Source of the DNA: the human T2T-CHM13v2.0 reference genome, Homo sapiens
Assembly: GCF_009914755.1 (NCBI RefSeq)
Contig: NC_060941.1
Reading direction: 5' to 3' (one strand)
DNA: 64,000 nt
In this document: one piece after another, positions 13,605-26,799 of the stretch
Position numbering within the stretch: the stretch's first letter is position 1
How the letters are laid out: every line of letters starts with the position of its first letter
The notes under the pieces: generated by a model
What the model was told of the DNA's origin: nothing
What the model saw: the letters and a program-made list of their open reading frames with translations, nothing else
Database searches by the model: none
Program-made: the position numbers and the translations under genes

Positions 13605-13990
13605 ATTCATTCATTTATGCATGTGCTTCTTCTTTCACTAGATCCTTACCATGTCCCTACTGCCTCCTAGACACTGAGTGTCCACATGAACATGACCACG
13701 TCCCTGCCCTCAAGCACCTCACTCTTGAATAGGGAAGACAGCCATTCACATGGAGAAGCTCAGGCCATGGTGTCCCACACTAGGGATGGTCAGGGTAGGC
13801 TTCCTGCTGGAAGCTGTGCATTGTCTTAAGGATGAGTTATAGTCAGCCAAGCAAAGTATAAGGAAAGTCATTTCAGGCAGAGAAAGACATAGAGGCTGGA
13901 GGCAGCTCAGGGCATTTGAGGATGTGCCAAGTAATCCAGACTGATTATTCTACAGGGTTGTGGTTGGAAAAGTAGCCTGGGATGAAGCAG
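13605..13990 (-). mobile_element. L2 3' end
   Basis: (CATT)n start, gtccctgccctcaag, ggtcagggtaggcttcctg. Confidence 0.7.
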
Positions 13991-14689
13991 GAGTAGCTAG
14001 TCAGAGGCCAAACTGCAGGTAACTTTGTGATTTAAAAAAATGATCTTGATGCTTTTCCTGATGCCACCAAGAATCTTTTGCCAAATGCCTACTGACCCAA
14101 GGGGAACAAGGTAGCTTATTAGGTAGGTGAGGGCTCAGAGTCAGGCATGGCAGCCTAGCTGGGCAATATCCCAATGACAGCACCAATGGCGGAGAGCTAC
14201 CTTCAAGGGAGGTGGATGACAGAGCTTCCAAGAGGGGGCACAGCTGACAACTGGCCAAACTGTGAGAGCTCTTGCTCCCCTTAGGGGTAAACTGTTCATG
14301 TGTCCCTTTGGGCGCCCAGGGGCTAGGGGGCTTAAGGGGCATCTGGGGAATCCAAGTTTAACTTCCCTTTATTTTTCACTTCAATGTAACATCAAACACG
14401 AACTACCGTTCTTGGTCTCCGTAAATAGCACAGAGGTCTCCCCAACTGCTAAGGCTGAAAAGTCCTATGTGCAAACCATTTCTGCCTTTGCTCATGAATG
14501 AACATGCTATCTGAGACTGACTGGAAAGGCTTCTAGGTGGCCTGAGAGGTCGCTTCTCTTATTTGCACAGTTTCTGTCAATCCTTCGGGAGAAAATTAGA
14601 TTGGTCTGCCAGGGCCAGCTGTTTTCAAAGCCAGGGTGGCTCTAGAATGATTCCATGGGAGCCGTTTTACTGGAGACCAGAGAGTCTCA

Positions 14690-14830
14690 GCATGTGAGAG
14701 CTGGAAGAGTCCCTGGGTCCCCTAGTTCTACCATTTTATTTTCTGATGGGGAAACTGAGGCCCAGCTAGGAGAATTGATTTGCCCAAGGTTCTGCAATCA
14801 GGTGATAGGATTGTGGAGAGAGATCAGGAT
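14690..14830 (-). mobile_element. MIR/MIR3
   Basis: gatggggaaactgaggcccag...tttgcccaaggt. Confidence 0.7.
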
Positions 14831-14975
14831 TAAAATCTTTGTTTTTACTCTGTGTTCCTAGATGCTTCTGCTAAACAGAATTCTTTTGAAAGTTATTCTC
14901 GAACCACTAATGAAAATGGACTTCATTAGAAGAAAACTTTCATGTTCAGGTTGCATGTCAAGATAATACTGTTAG

Positions 14976-15347
<372 letters not shown>

Positions 15348-16149
15348 TGAGCTGTTTCTATATTTGTTGAGGGAAAGAGATTTTTTTTTAAGAGCCTAAA
15401 TGATAAGATTTGGTGATGTTTTGGTGAATGTTCTGGGTTTCTTGTGGCCATGTGTGGCCCCAGTCTCTGGAGATGTTTGCCAGACCTTGTTTGGACTCAG
15501 TTAGTTAGAAAGAAATTGTTTGTCTTGCACACAACAGTGTTCAGCTAAGTTTCTTTGCTGTGTTTGCAGGAGCTGGAGGAATTGCAGGGAACACTGGATG
15601 GGGGTGTTTCTTCACCAGTGGGCCTTCTGGGGTGCTTCCCAGGGCCAAATACCTTCCACATTCACAAAAGCCATGCAGTCAAAGCCCTGGGCATAACCCG
15701 TGCTGGGGCTTGCTTGCCCAGCTGGATGGTGTAGGCCTGGCTAGGACCATGATTGATTAGGCTGTGACCAGGCCTTCGCAAGGAGACAAGGGACCCTCTC
15801 CTAAGCTTTCATCTGAGCAAGGCCCTGTGCCCCCCTCCCCAATCCACCCTTTCCCTGTGGGCCTCCTTTCCAATCTTTAAAACTGTGTGCTCCCGGAACC
15901 CTGGTTCATGGTAAACATCCCCTCCATATCTTCAACCTCCTCCTCCCCTTTGCTTCCTTGTGCTAAATAATAGGGGTGATCCCCTGAGGCCCCTCCTTCC
16001 CATGGTGAACGCTTTGCCTTCATACCCCAGAAATCTCCGGGTTCTAAAGCATGCTCCTCACTCCCAGAGCCATTCCCAGACCATAAATCCACCCATGTCT
16101 AAAACAAATCTCAATCTTTTGAGGCATATGCCATCTTCCCATTCCATTT

Positions 16150-16600
16150 TAAAATTCATTCAACAAGTTTGTACTGGGCATCATTGTGTGCCAGGCACTT
16201 TGCAAGGAGCTGGGGATATAAGGACAAAAGTGTCATGGTTCCTGCCCACGTGGGGTTTCCTTTCTCATGGGGGAGACAGACACTAAATAGACAAAGAAAT
16301 AAACATAAAGAAAAAGAACAGGGTGCTGTGAGCAATAGTAACATGAGGAACAGATTTGGAGGGGTGGGGCTCAGTCTTCTCCAAGGAGGTAACAATTCCA
16401 GTTGAGACTTGAAGGACAGGAAGGAGCCACACAAGAGAAGAGACTGGGGTGGAGTCTGCAGGGAAGCAAACTGCATGGCAGTCTGGAGAAAGGAGCCTTC
16501 ATAAACGAGGAATTGGAAAAAGTCCATGAGGTGGTGGAGCAGAGAAATAGGGAAGCCAGAAAGCAAGAAATAGGCTGGAGAGGGAGGCTGGGTACCTGTC
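16150..16600 (-). mobile_element. L2 3' end
   Basis: ttcattcaacaagtttgtactgggcatcattgtgtgccaggcact. Confidence 0.8.
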
Positions 16601-16899
16601 ATATCTCCAAGACCAGGAGAGGAGCTGGGCTTTTCCTGAGTGCAAGGGGAAGGGGGGACCATTGACCATCTCCTTACTTTCTATAAAGACCTGCTCGCCA
16701 GGTGGTATGGAGAGTTTAGGCATCTGATTCATTCTGGCTCCTTATCCCCACCCCAGCCATCCTCCCGAAGGACTGTAGAAACCCTCTACCCCAAAGACTT
16801 CCCTCTTCTCTGCTTCAGCCACCCACTCTCAAGGCCACACCTTGGACCTGACCATCACCAGGAGAGGCTCCACCTGCAGCATCCAACACCCATGCCTCC

Positions 16900-18400
16900 T
16901 TCTCTTCCACTGCAACCATACTTCCTTTCCCTCCTGGTCCCTCACTTAGTTCTCCAGGTTTGCTCTTTGACCTCATTAAGATGCTCAGTTCTTGACCTCT
17001 CAACTGTCTTCTGTCACCCAGTTTTTAATTCCTCCCCTCTCTGTCTTGGACACCACTAGTCATCATCAGCCACCAACCTTTCCTTGTTCTTGTCTTCATC
17101 TCTCTTGTGCCTGTCCTGCAAAGTGCCCATCTTGCACAATTCATTGAACACCTTTCACCTTTTCTGGTGCCTGAGTTGCTGAGGGTAAATGCTGCAGGTG
17201 TGTCCCTTTGTGAATTCATGATTTCCAATGCCTCCTAAGCCTGAAATGCTGCCTGTTTGAGGTTACCCTGGCCATCTCTTTTTCTCACGCGTGCTTACTC
17301 TTCATAGTGGTTATTTCAAATCTTCACAACTCTCTTCTAAACTTCTCTCTTCCTGTCCTCCCACCTGACTCTCAACAGATGAGTTAGCAGATCATCAGAC
17401 AGAAACTCCCTTAACTGCCTGGCACAACACCTACAAATTAACCTGTGTTTGTGCTCTTTTTCACCTTCGTCTTTGTTGACCTGTGCTCTGCATCCCAATG
17501 TTTCCTCCCTCTGTGGGGAGGTTGCTCCATTGATCATCCATTCACAAGAAAGAGTCCACAAATCTTTGTCCTTGCTGTGTCCCCAGTGCCTAAAACAGTA
17601 CTGAGCACACATGAGATGTTTGAGAAATAGTCGTTGAATAATTTCTCCCTTCCTTCAACCTCTACACCTCTATTGATTCATTACACTTGCATTTAAACCT
17701 GCTCAAGGTTTTTTTAAACCATTTAAAACAAAAACAAAACAAAACCACAGTGAAAACCTCTTGACCTGGTGCACCTTTTCCTTGGGCTAGAGTTCTGTGC
17801 CTTATCTCCCCTATCCACATGGCCTTGAACGAGCTGCCTCAGCCTTGTCGCCGCTCCATTACCTCCCATCCATGCCTCCATCCCCTGCCACTTGGCTTCA
17901 CCCTCCCATGGAAATTGCCCTTCCCTTCATAACCTCATTTTTGCCAAGTACAGTGCATACATTTTATGCCGATAGCACCTGTCCTCTTAGCAATGACTGA
18001 CCTGCTGCCCTCTCCTTTCTTTAGAAAACACTCTTCTCCTGATATCCATGACCACATTCCCTCAGCTCTCTGCTGCTCTGGTCTCTCCTCTCATGTGGTT
18101 TCCTCCTCCAGTCCTCTCTTTGCTCCAGTCAGCCAGATTGCTCTGATGCAAATTGGATCATGTCACCCACCTTGAACCCTCTGCCATGACTGTCTTGTCC
18201 ATGGATGATGTCCAGATTTTTTCCATGTGGTTGTTGAGACTCAGCCTGCTGGGCCTCTGAAGACTCATCTCAGCCATTGTACACTCTGGTCTACTGCAGG
18301 ATGCATGGTATTCACTTGCCTCTAGTCAAACATGGGCAAAAACCCATGCTGTTCCCTCTGTTCATATGACCTTCTGCCACTTTGCTCCTAACAGCTCACT
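16900..18400 (+). mobile_element. Cluster of L2 fragments, including an L2 3' terminus at ~17560-17640
   Basis: Pyrimidine-rich L2-like text; gctgtgtccccagtgcctaaaacagt...gttgaataa. Confidence 0.55.
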
Positions 18401-18529
18401 TGATTTCTGCACCACAAACCTAACTCAACCCTAAGTGTTTCAGATCTTCTGCTAACCAGGCCTAATCTTAGACTTGGACTGGATTTGCATCCCCTATCTT
18501 GTGCCAATTCCCAGTAATATCCCATATTC

Positions 18530-18740
18530 TCGAGAAGTCATTTATCATTCAAAAAATATGTTCACCTTCATTTTCTCATCTGATTCTCTCAGCAGCCCTG
18601 GGAGATGGGGATATCTGCTATAATCTCCATTCCACAGACAAGGAGACTGAGGGTCAGGATTTCAGTGACTTGTCCAAGGTCACACAGTGAATAGACACTG
18701 GGTCTAGGACTTGAACCCAGGTCCTCTAACTCCTAACCCC
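18530..18740 (-). mobile_element. MIR
   Basis: acagacaaggagactgagg...gtgacttgtccaaggtcacacag. Confidence 0.8.
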
Positions 18741-19711
18741 AGCTGTGCCCTTGTTCTGCATCCTTTTCCCACACTACCCCATCACCCCCAATGCCAACCT
18801 TCCCAGGCAGGCCCTGAGAGGGCGACTTGCCAGCCTTCTCTCGGACACACCTGTTCAAGACAGGCCTGGCAATGAGAATTGTGATTGAACAGATGGTGGA
18901 AACACACCGCAACAAAATCTCCTTGTTCCTTAAAATGAAGTGTTTTCTTTTCCTTGACTCCATTTCCCCAGTGAATGGGGAATCATCTGCTCACATGACT
19001 AAAAATAAGTGACTAGGAAGGACAGAGATGAATGAGGCGGAGAGAATGGGGAGAGATGGCAAAGAGGCAGAAGCGGGAGGGAAGTCTTTAGGCTGAAGAA
19101 AGACCTTTCAGAGAAGAAAAGCTGTGGCTGAGTGGGCCTCCTGCATCCCCACGCCACACAGATCTACGCGGCCTCCTGACTCTTCCAGCCCGTTACTTCC
19201 TTCCATCCCTGATTAATAAAACCAGCATCACCGGCCCTGGCATGTTGTGAATTGCAGTGTGGGCTCCATCAAGCCCAACATCTGCTTTTAATCAGTTTTC
19301 CATTGCTCCTTTGATTGCAGTTTTGCCCAAGTCTTGTCACAATGGGTCCCCCGATACAGCCACACATCTGGACTGCTTCCGAAGGAGCTGGAATGCCATC
19401 AACCTGAAGGTGGTCTTAGCAAGTGGGCTCTATCCTCAGACAAGGTCACAGAGGACTGCTCTTTACAAAGAAGGGAAGGAGGAAGAACTGCCTTGCCTCA
19501 CTCGGCGGGGCTCTGCACTGGCAGGTGGAGCGAGGTTTCTCCCCATTGTGGGCCGTTCTTAGCTATGTGAGCTCATACACGTTACTAAACCTCTTTGGGT
19601 CCCTGTTGCCTCCTCTGCACAAAGATTGGAATTATAGGACTTTACTGTCCTGAAGTCAGGAGAAAGACTTTCCTTTCCAGGGCCATGACTTATCCTACTG
19701 TGGTTTGGTGA

Positions 19712-19761
19712 CTATTCATGCTCTATCTTATGGCCTATTCATGCTCTATCTTATGGCCTAT
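19712..19761 (+). repeat. Perfect 23-bp tandem duplication
   Basis: ctattcatgctctatcttatggc x2 followed by ctat. Confidence 0.97.
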
Positions 19762-19790
19762 AAATTGGAAGCTGGGATGAAATCAGCAAG

Positions 19791-20257
19791 TGTGGTAGGC
19801 TGAATAATAGCCCACAAATTGTCCACGTATTAGTCCTCAGAACCAGGTATTACTTTACATGACAAAAGGGCCCTTGCAGGTGTCATTACATTAAAGATCT
19901 TGCCATGGGGAAATTAGCCTAGGTTATCCAGGTGGGCCCAGTGGTATCACAGGGGTCCTTGGAAGAGGGAGACAGGAGGTCAGAGAGAAGGCAAAGTGAT
20001 GATGTGAGCAGAGATGAGAGACAGGAGTGATGAGCCAAGGAATGAGGGCAACGGGGAGAAGCTGAAAAAGGCAAAGAAACACATTCTCTTCTCAGAACTT
20101 CTAGGAAGAAACAGCCCTGCTAATGATGTCTTAACTTTAGCCCAGTTAATCTGATTTCAGACTTCTGACCTCCAGAACTACAACAGAATACATTTGTGTT
20201 GTTTTAAGACATTAAGTTTGTGGTGATTTGTTACAGCAGCAAAAGGAAACTAATATA
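19791..20257 (+). mobile_element. MLT1D-like MaLR solo LTR
   Basis: tgtggtaggctgaataat...gacttctgacctccagaact...ttacagcagcaaaaggaaactaata. Confidence 0.88.
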
Positions 20258-20424
20258 GTCCGACACATTTTATTCATAAGTAAAAAGAGCAACATATTAT
20301 ACAGCCCAATTCAAGGCATATAGGGAAGTTCCTGTGTCCAAAAGCCACACTCTGGGAGATGCCCCCATTTAAGACATTTCTATGGGCAAGAATAATGATA
20401 TCCCCATTGAAATGCATTTCCCTG

Positions 20425-20675
20425 CAGCAGCACTGGCCAGTATAAATATGACATAAACTACACAGATAATTTTGTCTAGTAGCCACATGAAAAAGACTAC
20501 AAATTAACAGGTGAAATGAATTTTAATATATTTTCTTCAACCCAATATATTCAAAATACTGTCATTTCAACCAGTTACCAATAAAACAAATTTACTGAGA
20601 TATTGTACATTTTTCTGGACCAAGTATTTGAAATTGTGTATTTAACATTTACAATACATCTCAGCTCAGACCAAC
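20425..20675. mobile_element. MER33-like hAT-Charlie element
   Basis: tctagtagccacat...acaggtgaaatgaattttaatatattt...cccaatatattcaaaata. Confidence 0.75.
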
Positions 20676-21141
20676 TGAGGTAGGAGGTGGGACTGGACTC
20701 TGGAAGTGGGGCTTGGACACCGGACCAAATTGAGGACTAGCTAAGGCAGGGACAGGGTAGAAGCAGCTTTCCACAAGAAATGCCCATGAGTGTGACATGT
20801 CAGTTTACCATTGCCATGGCAACACCCAGGAGTTACTGCCCCTTTCCATAGCAACAACACAAAAGCTATCACCCTTTTCCTAGAAATTCTGCATAATACA
20901 CCCCTACGTGTAATTAAAAGTAGATATAAATACAACTGCAAAACTGCCCTGAGCTGCCACTGTCAGCACACCTATGGGGTAGCCCTGCTCTGCAGGAGCA
21001 ATCATGGAGCTGTAACACTGCTGCTTCAAGAAAGCTGTTTTCTTCTACTCTACCACAGGCTCACCCTTCAATTCTTTCCTGGGTGAAGCCAAGAACCCTC
21101 ATGGGCTAAGCCCCACTTTGGGGCCCACCTGCCCTGCAACA
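20676..21141 (+). mobile_element. MER50 (ERV1) solo LTR
   Basis: tgaggtaggaggtgggactggactc...ggacaccggaccaaattgaggactag; ttgccatggcaac; TATA-like gatataaata; end ccctgcaaca. Confidence 0.85.
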
Positions 21142-22289
21142 TAGTCACATGGGGCTATGATTTGATCTTAGGTCCAAGCAGCATAGTTCTAAAAGGTTAA
21201 GACTATTGGCTCCTAAGAGTTCATCATCAGTTCATCAGACTCTTTCTAACTGACCTTGAGTGGATAAAGGGCCTAGGGAATGTAGCAGCCATGGAAGCCC
21301 TGAGTAAAGTGCAAAGCAGACATGGTTAGGAATGGCTGCCCAGGGTCAAGCCAATAGCCAGTGAGAATCAGGGCTAGAATCCAAGGGCACTGCCTCCCTG
21401 GCCAGGCCAAGAAGGGGAGGCTGAGACTTCAGAGCAGTGAAGCTCCCACTGGACACACTGTCTTGTAACTTACTTTTTATCCACTTAGCAATGTATACAG
21501 TTAGTAGGCTCCATGTGCTTCAATATCCTTCAAGTACTTAAGCTTAGATGACATCAAACCCATACATTGTGAGATGCTGACACAATCATTTCCTTTAGGC
21601 CACTCCATCTTTCTTCACAGCCAGTGAGACTCCGGGACCCCTATCACCTCCCCTAAACTCAATGAAGTGGGATCCAGTCTCCAATTGCTGCCTTCTTGCC
21701 TGCCTCTCAGAGGGCCTCATCATTTCAAGGAACTTGCTTCAATCTGGGAGACAGATTGAGTACAAGAGAACTCAGGAACTTGGGGGATATTTTGGAGTTT
21801 AAATAAAACACTCAGTGTGAAATGTCTGACCCAGAGCTTGGTGTATAGTGGTGCACCCCAGTCCCGAGAGAACCTGCTAATTCACGGCTGCTAATAAATA
21901 GCTGAAGTGACCAGACTTGAGCCTTCCCAGTTCATGCTCAGAACTGGCCCTGCTCTGTCTGGTCCACTGTGTCAGGGGGCACATGCCCCTTCCTGCCTCT
22001 GCTTTGCTGCCACCTTGCCCCCGCCTCACGGCTGTGCCTATAGCTCACTGCTTCACCTGCCAACCCAGAGCTCATCCCCTCTCTCCCTTCCTGATTTGCT
22101 GTAGCTTGCACTGACTCAGACTGACTACCTGTCCATTGGCTCCTAGAACGTCTCTCATCATCTTTGCCCCTCACCTTGACCCAGGAATCCCCAGACATAA
22201 TAAAGATGATGGTTGACACCTGACTAGTGCTGACACCTACGGGTAGTGTTTTCATGGCTTTGCCTAGATTAGCTCTATGTTGTGGGCAT

Positions 22290-22530
22290 TTGCATGATCC
22301 CTATTTTATGTATAGATGCCCCCAAAGTTCAGAGATGTTAAGTAACTTCTGCAAGGTCACACAGCTGTTGTGAGAGAGTTAGCTTTTGAACCAAGGCAAT
22401 CTGGCTTCAGAGTCCATCAGCTTACTCACTGCATCAAACTGCCTCTACTCACGTTTTTTCCTGGAGCCTGGTACAGCACCTGGCATACGGTTTGAGCTCC
22501 ATAAAAGCTGGTTGAATGAAAGCATGGACG
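22290..22530. mobile_element. MIR (-) followed by an L2 3' terminus (+)
   Basis: gttaagtaacttctgcaaggtcacacagct; cacctggcatacgg...gttgaatgaa. Confidence 0.65.
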
Positions 22531-23359
22531 AATCACTTTTACGGCCCTGGCTCCAATGGTCAAGAGACTTCATCAGTGCTTGTTGGGGATTCCCCTACAG
22601 GGACAGGACTGGGGAGTGTACTGCTCCACCCTCCAAGATGACAACTTACACCTCATTAAAGCCTTGTTTTGGAGGAATGTCCTAATATATCACAGGGCCT
22701 GAGGAGACATAAACAGCCTGAAGGGCTCCCTGGTTGACCTGTGGGCCTTGGACACTGACTTCTTAGTGCCTTGAGCAGTGACACAGGATGGGGGAATGTG
22801 CTACTGCTGTTCCTCCCACTTCTCACTGGCCAGCTTTCCCCTCATTCAGACCTCAGCATGTTGTTCTGAAGACAGGAGGGAGAACCACCAAGTGAGAAGG
22901 ACAAGGGCAGTGCTGAGTTTTCTCTCTGAGGGCAGGTGTCAGGGTGGAGATGCGCAGCACCCAACCACAGCCCAGTCCTAGGTGGAGGTGTGGCGGGAAA
23001 GAGAGGGGCAGATGCAGAAAGGCTGGCTTTGGAAATCATCCTGCAGTAGTAGAAGAGGTTCTTGTTTTTAATTATTCCTATAAGATTTTTACAAACACCA
23101 TCTGATATGATTTTGTGAGGCTTTCTTTGAAAGCCACTTCCAGACAAGCATTCCAGGTGAAGCAGAATTTTTTTTCTGGGACCAAGAAGAATTTTTAAAA
23201 ACTAAGTACTAGAACCTGCAATGGTTCCCTTTTACCAAATAGGTTAAATTCAGAGCATTCTGCTGGGCATCCCGAGTCCTCCAGTAATCACTTCTCCATC
23301 ATCACCACCTGTTATATCCCAGCAAGGTGACTAGGAAAGCCAGAGCCAGGAGGGGCCCC

Positions 23360-23574
23360 ACATTGATACTGATGAAATCAAGACTCAGAGAGGTTAAGAA
23401 ATCTCCTTAAGGTTGCACAGTTAAGAGCACTGGCTTTGGAGTCAGAGGATCTGACTTTCAACCCTGGCCCTTCCATTTATGAGCCATGTGACCTAGTGCA
23501 AGTGACAACCTTGCTAAGCTTTGGCCTCTTCATTTGTAAAATGTGGACAATCACAGCAGCTCCTATAGGTTTGT
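23360..23574. mobile_element. MIR fragments, split by MLT2A and resuming at ~24108-24150
   Basis: gactcagagaggttaag; ggctttggagtcaga...cttcatttgtaaaatg. Confidence 0.7.
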
Positions 23575-24107
23575 TGTGGTGGTTAATATTGAGTGTCAAC
23601 TTGATTGGATTGAAGGATGCAAAGCATTATTCCTGGGTGTGTCTGTGAGGGTGTTGCCAAAGGAGATTAACATTTGAGTCACTCACTGGGAGAGGCAGAC
23701 CAACCCTCAATCTGGGTGGGCACCATCTAACCAGCTGCCAGCGTGGCCAGAATAAAGAAGGCAGAAGATGGAAGAGCAGGCTTGCTGAGTCTTCCAGCCT
23801 TCATCTTTCTACCACGCTGGATGCTTCCTGCCCTAGAACATCAGATTCCAAGTTCCTCAGCTTTTGGACTCTTGGACCTACATCAGCGGTTTGCCAGGGG
23901 CTCTTGGGCCTTTGGCAAAAGACTGAAGGATGCACTGTTGGCTCCCCTACTTCGGAGGTTTTGGGGACTCAGACTGATCCACCACTGGCTTCCTTGCTCC
24001 TCAACTTGCAGATGGCCTATTACGGGACTTTACCTTGTGATAAACTCCCTTTCATATATACATAGATCCTATTAATTCTGTCCCTCTAGAGAACCTTGAC
24101 TAATACA
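23575..24107 (+). mobile_element. MLT2A (HERV-L) solo LTR
   Basis: tgtggtggttaatattgagtgtcaacttgattggattgaaggatgc...tctgtccctctagagaaccttgactaataca; 5-bp TSD tttgt/gttgt. Confidence 0.93.
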
Positions 24108-24609
24108 GTTGTTGTGGACAATGATTGAGAAAATGCATCTATTTTTCTACAGAGCTGAGCTATGAGTTAGAAAGCTCAGTATCAGTTTACCAAGTGAGAG
24201 GCAGAGGCAGTATTAGAAACGCCGTCACTCTCCCCCACCCTGTTTGCTTTCCGTTGTGCTCCTTAGCCTCCCTGTCATGCCTCTATTCCAGACAGACTGC
24301 TCTTCTAATTAGGGACTTCCTCACCTCCGCACCTTCGCACAGGCCATCCCCCAGTGTTAGGAAACTCATTTCTTCTCTGCTGGCCGACCAACATTACAAA
24401 AACATTTTTCAAATCACACTGCATATCCTTTATTATTAGCATTCACATCAGGGTCACCTCTATCAAATTCTGTGAAAGATTCTTTTTTATTTTTAAGTCC
24501 AGAAATGTGTTTATTTTGGATGCTTTTTATTTGCAAGTCCTAAAATGTGTTTATTTTGGTACTTGTGTTCTTTTGCTATGTTTGGTGAATATATAGTTGG
24601 ATTTTATGT

Positions 24610-24680
24610 TCATTTCTAATCATGGTAAAACACACACAGCATAAAATGTATCATCTTAACTATTTTTAAGTGTCACAGTA
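24610..24680 (-). mobile_element. L1M 3' terminal fragment
   Basis: ggtaaaacacacacagcataaaatgtatcatcttaactatttttaagtgt. Confidence 0.65.
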
Positions 24681-25239
24681 AAAGATTCTCCTGTAAAGAA
24701 TTCTTTTATGACCCTACCACATCCCTAAAACTCACGCCCTACCTCACCCTGAGCCTTTAGCTCAGAACAGCCCCACCTACCCACATTAAGAAGGAGTTTT
24801 AGGCATCTCCCACCTCCACAGTGAACTTCCCAGGCCCTCCAGCCTTGCCCTTTTTTCAGTCCCAATGACACGCTCCATCCCCATGATGGTACAACTTTGG
24901 CACAGAGTTGGCCTCTCTGATGGGGTCTTCTTGGATCTGATGCTGAGTTCCCCGAGACTCTTCACCTGGTCTGACCCAGTAGCATGGGTCACAGTCCCAA
25001 CCCCTCCCTGATGAGATGATCCCCTAGGCCACTGTGTCTTCAATGTTTTGCCTTCAAAGTCCCTGCCCTTCCAGCCTAAGAGAAGAGACCACATACCATT
25101 CCTGATGGTCCAGAAGTCTAGAGTGAGAATCCTGCAAGGAAACCATCTGGCTGACCCTGGCTGATCCTTGGACATGGGCATCTTGGTTTGGCATGGCCCT
25201 ATCACTCTGACTCCTGCCCACCCCTGTATAACTAAAAGC

Positions 25240-25460
25240 CACCATTACTGAGGGCTTCCTCTGAGCCAGACACTGTGCTGAGAGTTTTACACACATGGTC
25301 TTACTTCATGCTCATGAAAACCCAAAGGGGTGGGTATTATTAGCCCCATTATATAACCAGGAACCTGAGGCTCAAAGAAGTGAAGGGGTATGTCCATAGA
25401 TGCCGAGGAGCTGACAGTCAAGCCCAGTACTGCCTGATTCCAAAGCCAGTGCTCGCAGCC
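25240..25460 (-). mobile_element. MIR
   Basis: ccagacactgtgctgagagttttacacac...ctgaggctcaaagaagtgaag. Confidence 0.75.
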
Positions 25461-26087
25461 AGAATGGAACTGGCTCTGCTTCGCTCTCTTCAGTCTCCTT
25501 ACCTCTGTCATCTCCTTGGACACTTCCTTTTCAGTGCATGATCGCCAGCCCCCACCCAAGTCAGCTCACTGGCCCTGGACACTGAAGCTGTCAGTTTCCC
25601 ATCTGGAGACTCCATCTCTAAGACCTCAGATTCCAGGCCAGGGCCACTTCCTCTAATAAAAGGGATGAAGCCACAGACCCAACCTCCAGCTGAAACTAGA
25701 TTTGCTCTACCTGTTCACAAAAATGAACTTCCAGGTCAAGCTTTTGGCCAAGTCTGACAAAGTACTGTGAAGGCCAGCCTTCCTGAGTGTTCACTCATTC
25801 ACCAAGCATTCACTGAGAATTCCCCAGGACTGTACCATGTCTGGGACATGGGAATTTGGGCCCCTTTATGCTCAGTCCTTGGAGAGTGTATCTTAGTCCT
25901 GAGTACCCAGGCAATCGGAAAGTCTTGGCTTTACCTTGAAATAAGAACGCGAGCCCACTTTATTCCACGATCTTAACTGAACTACCTATTCCTGATTTAA
26001 ACATTTCTTTCTGGACTATTTGCATTTATATTTTATATAGTTGCAACACAATGAATAGACAATTTTCTGTTTTGCTTTTATCATTTA

Positions 26088-26290
26088 GAACAGCCAAATC
26101 CAGCCTACTACCTGTTTCTGTAAATAAAGTTTTATTAGAATACAGTCGTGTACATTCATTTACATACTATCTATGGTGACTTTCACATTATAAGGTAGAG
26201 TTAGGTCATTGCTATAGAGACTGTATGGCCTGCAAGGCCCAAAATATTTACTATCTGGCTCATTACTTAAATAGTTTGCTAACCCTTGAT
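26088..26290. mobile_element. MER58A-like hAT-Charlie element
   Basis: gtaaataaagttttattagaa...aaaatatttactatctggc...agtttgctaacccttg. Confidence 0.85.
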
Positions 26291-26441
26291 TTAGAGCATT
26301 GGAAAAATGTTGAATAGTCTTTCTGGTTATAATAATTAATGGCTACATGATACCCCGTTAGGTGGCCTGTGATTTTTAACTCATCACTTTCCATGTGGTC
26401 AGATAAATTTGTTGGTGTGGCTGGATAACTGCAATGAAGAT

Positions 26442-26799
26442 TGACGTGGTTTGGCTGTGTTCCCACCCAAATCTCACCTTGAATTGTAATGGTCACTACC
26501 TGTCAAGGGTGGGGCCAGGTGGAGATAATTGAATCATGGGAGCAAGTGTTTTCCATGCCGTTCCATTGATAGTGAATAAGTCTCATGAGATCTGATGATT
26601 TTATAAAGCGGGGTCTCCTGCATAAACTCTCTCTTGCCTGGCGCCATCTAAGATGTGACTTTGCTTCTCTTTTGCCTTCCGCCCTGATTGCGAGGCCTCC
26701 CCAGCCACGTGGAACTGTGAGTCAATTAAACCTCTTTCCTTTATAAATTACCCAGTCTTGGGTATGTCTTTATTAGCAGTGTGAGAACAGACTAATACA
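26442..26799 (+). mobile_element. THE1 (THE1C-like) MaLR solo LTR
   Basis: tgacgtggtttggctgtgttcccacccaaatctc...gtgagaacagactaataca; perfect 5-bp TSD aagat. Confidence 0.95.

Noticed and set aside
12491-14501. Paralogous-looking peptides suggesting a small gene family
   Set aside because: Explained by the non-coding local duplication; frames are not preserved consistently between copies
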